From the NCBI GenBank assembly GCA_028534125.1, contig CM052817.1:54500001-54564000 (forward strand): 64,000 nucleotides of DNA, written 5' to 3'. The position numbers were made by a program, and so were the translations under genes. Below the pieces are notes generated by a model. The model saw nothing but the letters and a program-made list of their open reading frames with translations, searched no databases and was not told the DNA's origin. Each line of letters starts with the position of its first letter. Position 1 is the stretch's first letter. The DNA is from Lama glama (Eukaryota). Below are positions 12,320 through 24,657 of this stretch, in pieces.

Positions 12320-13395
12320 AGTTTGTCACCAAACCTTCCTGTGCATAGAATGACCCTGTTTTTCTCATCCTCTATTATAGATATGTGTAACTCTTACCGA
12401 ACCAGGTTCCTTTGCCCGCAGTGCAGCAAGCCAAATGCTGAGACGCCGAGGTTTGCAGCAGAGAAAGGGTTCATCACAAGGCAGACAAGCAAGGAGAACA
12501 AATCTCAAGTCTGCCTCCCAGAAGATAAGGGGACCGACATTTATGGGATAGAGAAGCAGGGTGGTCTGAGCTGTAGAGTCGTGGGGAAAGGGAACTGGAA
12601 ATAAAAAGATGAGGTAATCGTCCTGTGCAGATGCAGCTGAACTACGGGCTTCTTCATGGGACGCATGCTCAGAAAATGGCAGATGCGAGGCCTGAGCGAA
12701 GGCGGAGCTTTCGGCCCTCTGAGGTAAAAAGGTCACGGCAGACACTTGCGCATGCCCAGTTGGAGGGTTGGCTGTCCCAACCGGTTTTAACCGGCTTGAG
12801 CTCAAACAGGACACAGTAGACTGCAAGTTCCTGACGAACAACTCTGGCAAAATAACTTATTGTTCAGCGTACCTGTCGCTCGGAGGATGTGCAGTTTTTG
12901 TGAAAACAAAGCAAGCTTGGACAAAGAAGGCAAGTTATAGTTTATTATTTATTAAGCAAGTTATAGTTGAATGGATCTGACTGATGACTACCCTCAGTTT
13001 CTTAACCACTTGACTGAGTTCTGGCCAAACGAATGTATGTTGTACAGACATTGTAATGTATGTAATGTACGACATGTATATAGTAAAAATGCTATTAAGT
13101 CTGCAGACTTCCAGGTCAGGCTTACAGGACCTCCCGCAGGTAATTTTTTTTTCTCTGCTCTTCTGCCTGAGAGGGTCCGTAGATCTTAGAAGCCATGTGC
13201 TAAGGATAAGAGATCACATTCACAGTATGAAAGAAGTCTAGGTCCCTGAGTCACAGCTTGAAGGGGAACCACCCACTGACTGGGAAAACTCAATTTGAAG
13301 GATTTTTGAATAAGAAAGAAATGTTTACTGTGGTAAGCTACTGAAATTTTGACATTTGCGGATTGCAGCGATTAGTCTACCTTCATTAATGTAGG
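12320..13395 (+). mobile_element. Old MaLR LTR (MLT1I/J-like) split by an ERV1-type LTR
   Basis: atgtgtaac|cacttgactgagttctggccaa joins across the insertion; also ggtccctgagtcacagcttgaa and tactgtggtaagctactgaaatttt. Confidence 0.65.
12392..13002 (-). mobile_element. Relatively young ERV1-type solo LTR (about 610 bp)
   Basis: Flanked by 4-bp direct repeat TAAC (12388-12391, 13003-13006). Begins tcttaccgaacc...gctgagacgccgaggtttgcagcagagaaagggttcatcacaaggcag. CpG density is visibly higher than in the rest of the window. Confidence 0.8.
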
Positions 13396-14439
13396 GAGCA
13401 TAAGACGCCTGAGTATCATACAAGGAGAACAGATTAAATTTGCTTCTTGCCAGTGGATGGGAAGTGTAATGTTAGGTCCTAAAGCTCATGTGCAAGGTTA
13501 AAATTGCACATGGCAAAACTATCCTTGAAACTCCCTGTAGAATTCTATGTATAAAATATAGTACAATATAAAATATACATAGGTTACCTTATACAAGCTT
13601 CTAGAAGATTATGTCAATTCCTTTCACTCATGCAATGTTAACTGTATTTTTAGTGTCAGTCAACTTTTTTTAAATGGAAGAGAAACAATTTTTCTAAAAT
13701 GTTTGGTAAGATGTACTGGGTATTTCAGCTGAGGTTTCCATCATTGCCTCAGACAGACTTAGACATGATATGATTTCATGGAATTGAGAGGCAGTTTATT
13801 ATCTTAAAGCATGCAGTCTTTACCTGCCTAGGACTTCAATTTGAACCTGAACTCTAACTTCATTTGTGCTGCAAATCTTTGGTAATTTACTTAAATTTCT
13901 AACTTTTATTTTACAATTAGTAAATTGGAAATAAAAACACATGCATTGTGAAAGTGTTCTGAAGGTATTTATTCATAATAATGAATATTTATTGAGTACT
14001 TATCACATTGCACATTCTAAAACCATTGCTCTATTGTAAGTTTATAGTATTTTCTAGGTTTCTGTGTTTTAGAAACATTATTAGTTTTGGCCTGTATATG
14101 TCACACGTTCTTTTCAGTTTTTGTAGAATTTCCAACTCAAGAATAGACAACACTTCGGTTTATTTGTTTTCTTTCTCTCTTTTCTCTTCCCTTTTGGTCC
14201 ATTTACCATTATCCCTACTTATGGCACGTCTTTAAGTCTGCTCCATTTCCTTTAAGATTGATCACTAATATTGGAAACATCCTTTCATAATATGTAAATT
14301 CCTAAAATTTTAAAACTTTGCACCTATGGCAACTCTAATAACTAATTAAGGAAGCTGTCTTATTTTCATTTGACAAAAGAGAGTAAGTAACTTGCATGAT
14401 GTTCGACATTATTTAGTGACCAAGCTAGGACTAAAACAT

Positions 14440-14670
14440 CAATAATTTTTGAGTACTTACAATTTGTCTAGAACTTTTCAAATATTAACTAATTTCATGC
14501 TCATAGAAACTCTGTGAGCTAAGGGCTGTCATTATCATGAAATCATACGTGAAGTAAAGGGGGCACAAGAGATTTGAGTAGCTTCCTATGGTTACATAAA
14601 TCCTCAGGGATTGGTCTGGTATTTGAACCCAAATATTTGCAGGTCTAAACCATTCTATGCTTATTTTCAT
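14440..14670 (-). mobile_element. MIR SINE (further weak MIR fragments near 13830-13950 and 14290-14420)
   Basis: ttttgagtacttac...aactaatttcatgctcatagaaactctgtgag...ggtatttgaacccaaat. Confidence 0.6.
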
Positions 14671-16087
14671 GATAGTATATACAGTCTTTGGTGTTGTGAC
14701 TAATACATGCTATCAGTAAGTGAAAGATACTGTTATTGGACTATTCTGCTATCTGAGAGGGTCAACATAACTAGATCATCTTGTTATTGTACAACAGTAG
14801 AAGAAAGGTTAGCTAGAAGATATGGTAGGCACATGGATTAAAGATCATAAATGCCATGTTTTGCATCCACATATTTAAACATCAAACATTATTCTTGTTT
14901 AATTTTTTTAAGCTGAAGATAAAAAGAAAGAACAAATGTATAACGTGAAACCAAAATGTCTTCAATTCTAGGAATGAACCTAGAAATTAAAAACAAACTA
15001 AAATATAATCCCAATTGCACACTTACTGGAAACTATTATTTCTTACTATGTCATATAATAAATTTCAGCTTTTGGAAAAAAAATGTATGAAAGTAAAGGC
15101 CAAAAAATATGATTTAAATCATTAAATTAAAAATTCTGATGTGGTAATTGCTTTGTACTGACTATTTATGTTATGAGAATCTGTATAATATATGTATATA
15201 TTGGTCTAGTGAGATTATTTTTGACAGCTATATGCATTATAAGACATAGGCAGGAAAATATTTTCTGTAGCACGATAGCTACCCTTTCTGGCTTTGGCTA
15301 AAATCTGAAATGCATCAGAAAATACACTATCACTGGTTTCATATTTATTCTTTCTAAGTGATTTCCACAATAAAAAGAGTTCATTTGAAAGTTAAAGTTT
15401 GTCATTTTCCAGCTGACATTGTGGTCTCAACTTAGGGCTGAAAATGAGACTGCTTCTTCTCCCTCTCAGGTAGTTATGAGAAACATGAATTCTGCAGCTG
15501 AAATTCAGCTGATAAATTTGGTTGTGATCCAGGAGTCATACTCCTGTAAAATAGGCAGCAATAGGTATGGTCATAGAACTAATTATATTGATTATGAATG
15601 TGCTATTTTTAAAAAAGTGACCTTTGTAATTTCTTTGTATATGATATATAATCCATTTATTCATGAGTAATGATTAATTCTTTCTGATATTTAGACATGC
15701 ATATAAAATAACTATTTTATGTAATGTATCCAAGTTAAATCCACTTTTATACTTACATGTACTCTCATCCTACAATCTTGCTTAAACATTTGTTACTTAA
15801 AAACCTTAATATTCAATAGCTTGTCATCTAACTAGTAGGATGATTTGTTGTGGGCCAATGAGAATATTTTAAGAGTAACTCGGTAGCTTTTTACTTCAAT
15901 CAAATTCAATTCATATATTTACTGTTTATTTAGATCAAAGCACTAGGGTTAGAAGTGATTCCAGAATATTCATTATGGGTTGTGTTTATTGGTTGCAATC
16001 TGGTGGAAAGGTGAAGTTAGACTTGTCTTGACACTGTTTTTGCATAACAATTATGCTCTGTATTTACATTATAAACTGAGGATGAGG

Positions 16088-16233
16088 AGGAGGAAGTGAC
16101 GGTATAGCTCAAGTGGTAGAGTGCATGCTTAGCTCACACAAGGTCCTGGGTTCAATTCCCAGTACCTCCTGTTAAAAAACATAAATAAACCTAATTACCT
16201 CTCTCCCTAAAAAGCAAACAAACAAACAAAAAG
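16088..16233 (+). mobile_element. Camelid tRNA-derived SINE (Vic-1-like)
   Basis: ggtatagctcaagtggtagagtgcatgcttagc...ggtcctgggttcaattcccagtacctcc, tail aaataaacctaattacc and (caaa)n. TSD taaactgaggatgagg (16072-16087) / taaactgaagatgagg (16234-16249). Confidence 0.92.
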
Positions 16234-16329
16234 TAAACTGAAGATGAGGGGAATGGAGAACAGTGAAAGAAAATTATGGAAGGGGATATAAAGCCAGCTA
16301 CTCATGGGTACCATTGTAAATTAGAGGGG

Positions 16330-16780
16330 ATAAAAATAATTAAGACATGTTTTTTCCTGTTCTTTAATCTTCTGCTGGCTATAGATGCCCACAACTAATT
16401 CTAAGACAGTGAATTTATAATAAAAGTATAAACTGAGTGCATAAATTAGCAGAGTGAAAAATTGATTCTAATTAGTGGCTTATAATAAGTATCACCAAAC
16501 ATGGTACATTTGAACTGAGTTTTGATGAATAAATGAAATTTCAAAAGATAAAGAAGAGGGGGAAAGATCTACTGAACACAGGCAACAGCATGACCAGAGA
16601 CGTAGAGGCAGGGAAGCATGTGATAGTACAATAGTGAATAACCTTCTATAACTAAAGACGGATGCGAAATTGGGTGGAGAGCAAGGAGTAGTGGGAGACA
16701 GCGCAAAATCTAGGCATAGATTTAATTGTAAAACCCTTCAATGCCACTCGAGTATGTGGATGTTTATTTTTGGTCAGCCC
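16330..16780 (-). mobile_element. L2 fragment
   Basis: catttgaactgagttttgatgaataaatgaaattt...aggcaacagcatgaccagagacgtagaggcagggaagcatg. Confidence 0.6.
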
Positions 16781-19624
16781 ATCCATTGCTTTTAACAAAA
16801 GCACCTCTTTTGCGGGGATGGATCTGAGATTATTTTACAGAAGCCTGACAAGGGTCTGTCCTGAAGACAGTTCTTTCTCTGGAATGTGCAGCGTTTGAAA
16901 AACTCAGGCCCATAGAAAACTGCAGAAACAGTAGAGAATCGTGTCCAAAATGTGAGCCTGTATCATCAGCAAACCAAAGCATGGGAGGTGAAGTTTGAAG
17001 GAAAATATGAAGTTGCCATAAGGAATCATGAATTTGGAACCAAAAGCATAGAATGATGCTTTTCATTTGACAAAAGAGGAAGAGTGTGGGCTTACAGAGG
17101 GGCTCAGGTCCTGAATCATTGCTTAGCTGTCATTGTGCTTATATGAGCTTACAGTGACTAGATGCAAAGTCAGCTTAATAGGGACAAAATCCAAAAATAA
17201 AGTCAGGGACAAAACTGAAATAACCAGAGAAGGATAATTAAACATCTAAAATTTTTCTCCATTTTTCCCTGGAGTAGTTGGCTCTTGCTTATTTCCTCTT
17301 CCCATGATTCCAAATCCCCAAAAGGAGAATGGCTTGCCCAGAATTAGGTTAAACACTTTTTTTGTTGTTATTGTTAAGGGAAGGGAAAAAGCAGACCTTA
17401 AGGTGGCACGATCAGCAGGTGCTCTTTACGTAATAAATACACTGACTTTTCTTTTAGCTAAGTCTCTCTTCTCCAGTGCTTGACAAATTGGGTAGAATTT
17501 GAAGATCTGTATTTTACACCTTAAAGTGAAGAAAGCTATATCCTTTTCAAGAGCAAATTTTCTTCGTGGGTGGATAGAGAAACACTAGTTACACTGGGTA
17601 AGTGAAAAGGAACTACCGTTTCCATGGAGTCAAAGACAATACTAAGTTGAGTGGCAGACACTAAATATATGCTGCTTCATGCTTTGGCATGGAATTGATC
17701 CTTCTTTTGTTTCCACAGGATCAAATCAAGGCCCCCTTTGTTATATTCCTGTTCTATTCCAATGTTACCTTTCTGACCTATAAACCCCCAGCCAGAGTCC
17801 TTACTCTTGACCTCTCCTTGATTGCCTATCCAGATTGCTGATCTTCAGCTGCTTCCCAGATATAACACAGACTCCTCTGTGTCAAGTTTGTAGAAGTACA
17901 AAATTCATCAACTGAGCAGGTGCAGATTCCGTTTCATGTGAAGGAATGCTCCAAGTGGCTGGATACATGCAGTCCTCAGAGGGATTGGAAATAGGGAAAC
18001 TAACTGGGTATATTTGCTTCGGAGTGACTCTCTTCTTGTAAAAGTGTGACTAATAAAGCACCTGACACATAGTTGAGGCTCAATAGATGTTTATTGTTGG
18101 TAATCAAGGCCAATGACTTCTTAAGTAGCTTATGGAAGAGAATATCCAATAGAGGAAAATGCATGAATTGTCTAATTGTCCTCAGTGGAGTAATGAACCA
18201 GCTGTAGCATGAGTTTGTAGTGCACAAGAACAAAATAAAAATATTATTTTGAGATTTTTTGGAAAATAGATGTTTCCCAACGACCTGCAAATTGTGGGCT
18301 GTATTTTAGCCTTTGTAATCTTGTGTGATAGCTCTTTAATCTGCAATGATCAAAACACAGTATTTCAAGACAAAGCTTTGCTATTTTATTATTTATAAGA
18401 GCAACTTTCATTGTTAGTATTTTGCAAACTTCCAGGGTGAAGTATATGTGAATCAGTATGTTTTCAGCAATTTATAAAAACTATATGACTAAATGATGGA
18501 TTTTGAAGTTCTATATTATAATAGAAAAGAGAAAATAGCAAGTAATAGGAAGGATAAATTGAAATATTGATTCCTTTTCTCCAATCACTAAATTTTTTTT
18601 TAATATACTGCTGTAATGGATAAGGATCCTTATCTCCATCAAATACTTCAAAAGTTTTCTCCTTAACCTTTCTGATTGTTAGAGATTCAAAGTTGTCATT
18701 CAGACTATACAACAACCAATAAAATATTGTAAATTCATATGAGAATATGAGACTTTCTTTATCACTTTCTAGATACAGCAGCCCCATCAGGTTGCAGTAA
18801 TTTTATTTAGTGTTCTCTAGTCCATCACTTTGCTATCTGAAAGGCCTAGCTAACAAGACAATCTCTTAATTGATATGAAGTTATACATTTTCCATCATAA
18901 GCTAATATTTATAGAGTTGTTCTTTATTATAAATTATTATATCCATGCTCTTCAATCCATTTATAAAGATGAATCAAAAATCATTTGAAAAACCTTGTTT
19001 CCTCTGTCCATATTTTTTCCTCCAAAATCTGGACTAGAAAAATAAGTTCACAAATAAGGAATAAATTCTTAGAGGAAAGCTTATCCTTATTGTTACAGAA
19101 ATATCCATTTATATTTTTTAAAAAAGCTGTAATTTAAATGCCTTTGTGTTGTCTCACTATTCTAAGTGAGAAACGGATTAGCAATTAATATATGGCCATT
19201 CTGTGATTCCTTAATAAATGGAAAGGAGCTTTTCCTTACAGCTTTTGGAGCTCTTTCACAAATTAATTTACTCTAACAGGTGGATGTTAGAGTTCCATAT
19301 TCCAAAGAGGGAAATGGGAATAGCCAGCTTAAAAGAATCGTAAAGTTGTAGAACATATCTAAAAGCCAAATACTTCTGAGAGGTGAATTTGGGGACGGCT
19401 TTACATTTTCATGTTCTGCTTTGGTGAAAGAAGGTGCTATTTCTATCCTTTCTTTCTGACCTCGTATCTAGAAGTGGTTTATCTTCAGTTCCAAGCCTGT
19501 GGGCAGACTTCTAAGCTGTATTTCCACAGTTATTTTAATGAGCACTGCATGATTATATTGAGTTTGGTTTTTTTTTTTTGATTACTCTTTTTTGTACCTA
19601 CCTACATACAGCATTCCACATTTA

Positions 19625-19885
19625 AGGGTGACATACTGCAGATTTCATTTATGTGAAATTCTGGAAGAGATAAAGCTATCTCCTGGAGAACAAATCAGTA
19701 CTTTACAGAGGTTGGGGCATGCTGTGACTATAAAAGGTAGTTCCAAGGAATGTTTTTGGGGGGGGTGATGAAACTATTCTAGACCCTGATTGTTGTGGTA
19801 GCTACAAGAATGTGCGTTACAATTTCTTGAACTGAACACCAGAAAGGGTCAACTTTACTGAAGTAAATTTGCGAAGTAAAAAAGT
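19625..19885 (+). mobile_element. Old L1M 3' UTR fragment
   Basis: acatactg...catttatgtgaaattctggaa...ggggtgatgaaactattct...tgattgttgtggtagctaca...tgaactgaacacc. Confidence 0.7.
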
Positions 19886-19996
19886 TTTTAAAAGATGATT
19901 TGATTTTTAGTACTCTCTTAATTTCCACTCTTATCCAAATGTTTGAATGATGTTTAAATTGTTTGTAGGAAGCACTGATAAAAATATTTTCAGAAT

Positions 19997-20075
19997 GAAG
20001 AAGGTCCTACTGTATAGCACAGGGAACTATATTCAATATCATGTTATAGCCTATGATGAAAAATAACATGAAAAG

Positions 20076-20111
<36 letters not shown>

Positions 20112-20171
20112 TGAATTATTATGCTGTACACCAGAAATTAATGCAACACTGTAAACTGACTATACTTCAAT
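19997..20171 (+). mobile_element. 5'-truncated artiodactyl-type L1 3' end containing a (TA)n tract
   Basis: aaggtcctactgtatagcacagggaactatattcaatatc...tgctgtacaccagaaattaa...caacactgtaaactgactatacttcaa. Perfect flanking repeat taaaaatattttcagaat (19979-19996, 20172-20189). Confidence 0.92.
20078..20110. repeat. (TA)n microsatellite
   Basis: Uninterrupted AT dinucleotide run inside the L1 tail. Confidence 0.95.
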
Positions 20172-21103
20172 TAAAAATATTTTCAGAATTATTAATAAAG
20201 TTCTGAATATTCAAATACGTTTTCATTTTATTGCTGAATTAAGAGATACTGTGAAGTCTTTCTATAATATAGTCCTCTAGGGATCAGAGCAAGGGATCAC
20301 CTTAGAGTTAAGATCCTTTTTCTATTTTTACCTTCCAAACCATCTCTGGTAAAATGAAAGATAAGCTTCTATCTGCTGAATTCCTGTTAGGATTAAAGTG
20401 GTATAGTGAGATTTCAGTGTATTTTGCCATCCATTTTCCATACTTTTTGTATGTATGGAGGGTAGAAAGTTCTTATATTTTAAAGTTATGTTTTGGTTAA
20501 TCTCTCTATCTTGTATGTCTGGGTTCATCTTATTTAGCATGGTAAAACTACAGTTTATTGTTTATATCTTCATATTCTCAAATCTGAACCACATATTTCA
20601 TAATAGGATAAAACATATTAGAAGTGGAAGAACCTTATAAACAATAAAAAAAAAACACAGAAAAATAATGAGGTAAATATCAGTCCACTCATACTGACAG
20701 CGAATCTCAAAATGGGCAGCTTATCTCTAAGTGGGAAGCTTTCAAGTTCTAATTGAATTGGCTAATTTAGCACTTCCTTATGCCTGCCTGCAGATGTACC
20801 TAAAAATCTATCTCTCTCTAGAATAGTTTTGATAAACAATTAAATATTTATACTGTAATTTATACCATGCTGAAATTAGATGATTTTTTTCAGTAATAAA
20901 TGGCAACTCCAGTGGTATCTAGGTTTTATTCCTTATTAGCCTTAGAGCTTTTCTACTTATATTAAAAGATAATGATTTCCTTCATAATTTAGCATTTATT
21001 AATTTTCACCCTCAGATATTCAGTTTCTTACAAACTCCTAATGAAAAAAATCATTTGAAATATATGTATATTTTTGAATGTATAGGTTGCCTTAAGAATT
21101 TAA

Positions 21104-21386
21104 TTTTTTAAGGGAGGTAATTAGGTTCATCTATTTATTACTTTTGGTGGAGGTACCAGGGATTGAACCTGGGACCTTGTGCATGCTAGGCATGCACTCT
21201 ACCACTGAGCTATATCCTCCCCTCACAAAATATTTTTATTTATTATTGTATTATTTAATTATTTAATTTTGGCAGAGGGAGGAAATTAGGTTTATTTATT
21301 TTTAGAGGAGGTACTGGGGATTGAACCCAGAACCTTGTGCATATTAAGCATGTGCTTTATTTACCACTTGAGCTATACGCTCCCCC
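21104..21386 (-). mobile_element. Head-to-tail dimer of Vic-1-like SINEs
   Basis: Two tRNA-like monomers (about 21104-21223 and 21230-21386) bounded by one direct repeat aagaatttaa (21094-21103, 21387-21396). Confidence 0.9.
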
Positions 21387-22019
21387 AAGAATTTAAGACA
21401 AATGAAAATAAATGTAATTTTGGAATTTGCTGAATATTCAGTTTAAAACACAAATTTCAGTATTTGCATTGTTCAGGACAAGACTGAAGTTGCCAGCCAA
21501 TACTCTGTTTCTCTCTCTCTCTCTCTCATTGATTTGTTTGCTTGTTTACTGAAAATCTAGCTTACAATTTTCATGAGCCCAAAGTATACTGAGATGATGG
21601 TTTTTACTAATTTCCTATCTTTTGAAGTTGCTATTATAGATTCTCCATGTTGATGCTTGTGCAGGATCATCCCTAGAGGAAAGGGAATAGTGAAAGGAAA
21701 AGATTGAATTTGAGGAATTTGCGGGAGAGGAATGATAATAAACCCATCTTAGTACCCCTTTGGACCTCTCTGGTTAACTCATTGTTTACAGTAAAATTAT
21801 TTTAAGTTTAAATATATGTTTATGTGAAATCAATTTTTAATTAGAAAAGTTTTCTCAACATGATATAGTTGGCAAAATCCCCCCCACCGAAGATCTTCCA
21901 GTTGTATTCATTGTCAAATTGCACTTGTGTGTCAAATTGTGTGGAGCTGAATTTGTATTTATCCATTTTAGATTGGTAAGTTGAAAACAGTAGGGCGAGA
22001 AAAAATTGTAGCCACGTTT

Positions 22020-22644
22020 TGTGGGCAGATTCTAAGATGACCCTGAAGATTTCGTTCATTCCCCTCAAGCATGGGAAGGACCTGTGAATGTGATGGTATA
22101 TCATTACTGTGATTATGTGGCCTTATGTGGTAGAAGAGATTCCGCAGAGATTAATAAGTCCCCAATTACCTGACTTTGAAATCATCTAAAGGGGGATTTT
22201 CTGTGTGAGCCTGATGCAATCATTTGAGCCCTTAAATGAAGTCAGCAAGTCAAACAGCAGATTCTTTTGCTGTCCTTGAAGAAGTAAACTACCACATGGT
22301 GAACTGCCTGTGGGGGTGAGGCTTTGGCAGGGTCCTGAGGGTGGCCCCTAAGAGCTGAGAGTTTTCCATTTTACAGCTAGCAAGAAAGGGGAGACTTCAG
22401 GCTGTACAGCCTCAGGGACCGAGTTCTCCCGACAACCAGTAAGTTTGGAAGCAGACTCTGAGCCTAAAATGAGATTGCAGTTCTGGCTAACACCTTGATT
22501 TCACCTTGGTAAGATTCAGAGCAGAGAATCCAGCTGGCCTGTGCTTAGTTCTTGACCCAAGGAAAATGTGAGAAGATAAATTTATATGGTTGTAAAAAGT
22601 TAAGTTTGTAGTAATTTGTTATATAGCAATAGAAAGCTAATGCA
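22020..22644 (+). mobile_element. MaLR solo LTR (MLT1E-like)
   Basis: tgtgggcagattctaagatgaccc...cctgtgaatgtgatgg...ggctaacaccttgattt...agcagagaatccagct...taagtttgtagtaatttgttatatagcaatagaaagctaatgca. Confidence 0.85.
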
Positions 22645-23542
22645 CTGCAAACGGTTCATTTAAAAAGGGCATAATATTTAATGAAAATAAACTTTCATGG
22701 AATGATACTTATGAAAATTAGTATTTGTTAGCATGAAAGAGATACTTTTTAAGGAATATTAAAAATCCTGTGCTTGGAGACGCTCTGATTAGGCAGGTGT
22801 TCAAACTTCTAGACAGACTGACGAAACTTCTGGGAGGCCGCATCACTAGGCACACATTTCAGTGGCAAGGGATAATTGTTTGTGGGTTTAAACATTCCCT
22901 CATCATTAGAAAGTGCAAAATGAGTAAGTTACTACCTTAGTCAGTACATGATTTTGGCTATTCATTCTTCGATGAAGTTAAACTATCAATTCTCAAATGA
23001 AATATGATTCATATTTTTTAAGTTCTGAACTATTGCTCTCACTGTGGTCATGAATTAACTACATTTATTTTATAGGAAGTGGTTGGCTAAGTTTTAATGC
23101 TTATTTACAAGAGATATTGATGTGTATATTTTGATGTATATGGGCACAAATAACTAGAGATAAGCCCTAATGCTCTAGTTTTGAAATTTTTAAAATTAAA
23201 TTGTTTTATATAGATGAAATAAACTAATAAATACACATGAGTTACAAATGCAGGCATTGAAATCTATTAGTGGAGATGATTTTAAATTTTGTTTTCTTTT
23301 TTTATTGGAGGATACACATTTTATGAAGTTGTAATGCACCTTCAAATTATTGCTTAAAGTAGTCACCCTTGAATACCTCCTCTAAATGTTTCACTCATGA
23401 TAAATCTACCAACATGCTTCCTCATACCTAGTAACAAGCAAGGTGATTTTAAGAATGCAGTGACCTTGCTCTTCAGTCTTATACTTCTATTCATTAGAGT
23501 CATAAAAGTGTATTTTAACATGGGTAATTTTGAAAATTCTCT

Positions 23543-23985
23543 GTGGTAGGTTGTTTTATTGTTACTAACTCTTCTATTCCTTCTCTATTGAAGGATTACG
23601 TATCTCCCTTCCTCCCTTCTTGCCACATGGCTTGCCAATCCTTTCATTTAGTTAAGTAGACATTCTGATCACTTGGTCAGTCATGGACAAGTAACTTGTG
23701 GGAGCCAATGAAATTGGAGCCAAAAAGACCTTGTTTCACTTTTACCCAGAGGCTTTAAGAACATTGTGCATTGCTGGGAGCTCTTTTTGATGTTCCATGA
23801 GAAGAGGTGTGCCAGATAGGAGCTGGGTCCTTCAGCCTGATCTGAAAATGAAAAAGTCTCGGGGAGCAAAAGTGTAGACTGACAGCTAGAACTGAGCTGC
23901 AGCTGGCCAGCACCATTCACATACAAATCTTTTGTTGTTTTATAAGCTTTTGATGTTTGTTTCTGTAACAGAAGTGAGTGGTATA
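23543..23985 (+). mobile_element. MaLR solo LTR (MLT1H/I-like)
   Basis: tgtggtaggttgttt start, gccaatgaaatt, agaggctttaagaac, ccttcagcctg. Confidence 0.65.
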
Positions 23986-24039
23986 GTCTGAAATTTAATT
24001 TTCTTTGAGATGAAAATATGATCATTTCATTTTTCTGAT

Positions 24040-24362
24040 TAGCACTTCAATAGCTTTCTGTTGGCTTTAGACAAGATCAAAGTCTTTACTGGTACAAAAT
24101 CATGTATGTTTGGGCCTCTACTGGATTTTTAAAAATAGTTTGAGGATTGACCATACATTCTCTCTGTGTCAGGAATTCTTTCCCTCTTCCCTTTCCACTA
24201 GCAGACACAACATATACAAAGATTTTATGGTTATGATTTAATGATTAGTGCCTTTTTTCCTACTTCATTTTCTTTCCAAGATAATAGGGATTGTGTTGTT
24301 TATCCACAGTACCTATCACAGTGCTAGAACATAGTAGAAATCTAATAAATATGTTAAATGAA
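24040..24362 (+). mobile_element. L2 3' end
   Basis: tttatccacagtacctatcacagtgctagaacatagtagaaatctaataaatatgttaaatgaa. Confidence 0.65.
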
Positions 24363-24643
24363 GCAAAAAATAAATTTTTTTCATATAAAATAATTTTTTC
24401 ATCTATATCCTGAGACATCACGTGTTTCTTCAGAAATAGGGCCACGTTTTCTTAATTTTTTAAAAAATTTATTTCTAAATACTCATAATTTATCTGTAAG
24501 AAACATGCTTTTAAATATTACTGGAATATTTATTAAGTCAAAAGTGTAACTAGTACATTACAATTCCTTCTTTAATATTATTTCTCATGAAGTAAGAATC
24601 CATTTTCACTTTTCTTAGCCTAAGACTAGTTGAATGGTTTTCT

Positions 24644-24657
24644 GTTGTCATGGTAAC
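24644..24657. promoter_or_regulatory. RFX X-box consensus match
   Basis: GTTGTCATGGTAAC fits GTHNYY-AT-RRNAAC. Motif match only. Confidence 0.3.

Noticed and set aside
12275..12980. Cluster of overlapping ORFs or a CpG-island promoter
   Set aside because: Lies within the GC-richer solo LTR bounded by a TSD.
16088..16170. tRNA gene (also at 1470-1542, 21150-21386 and 51260-51326)
   Set aside because: The tRNA-like heads are followed by shared AT-rich tails and mostly flanked by TSDs, so they are SINEs.
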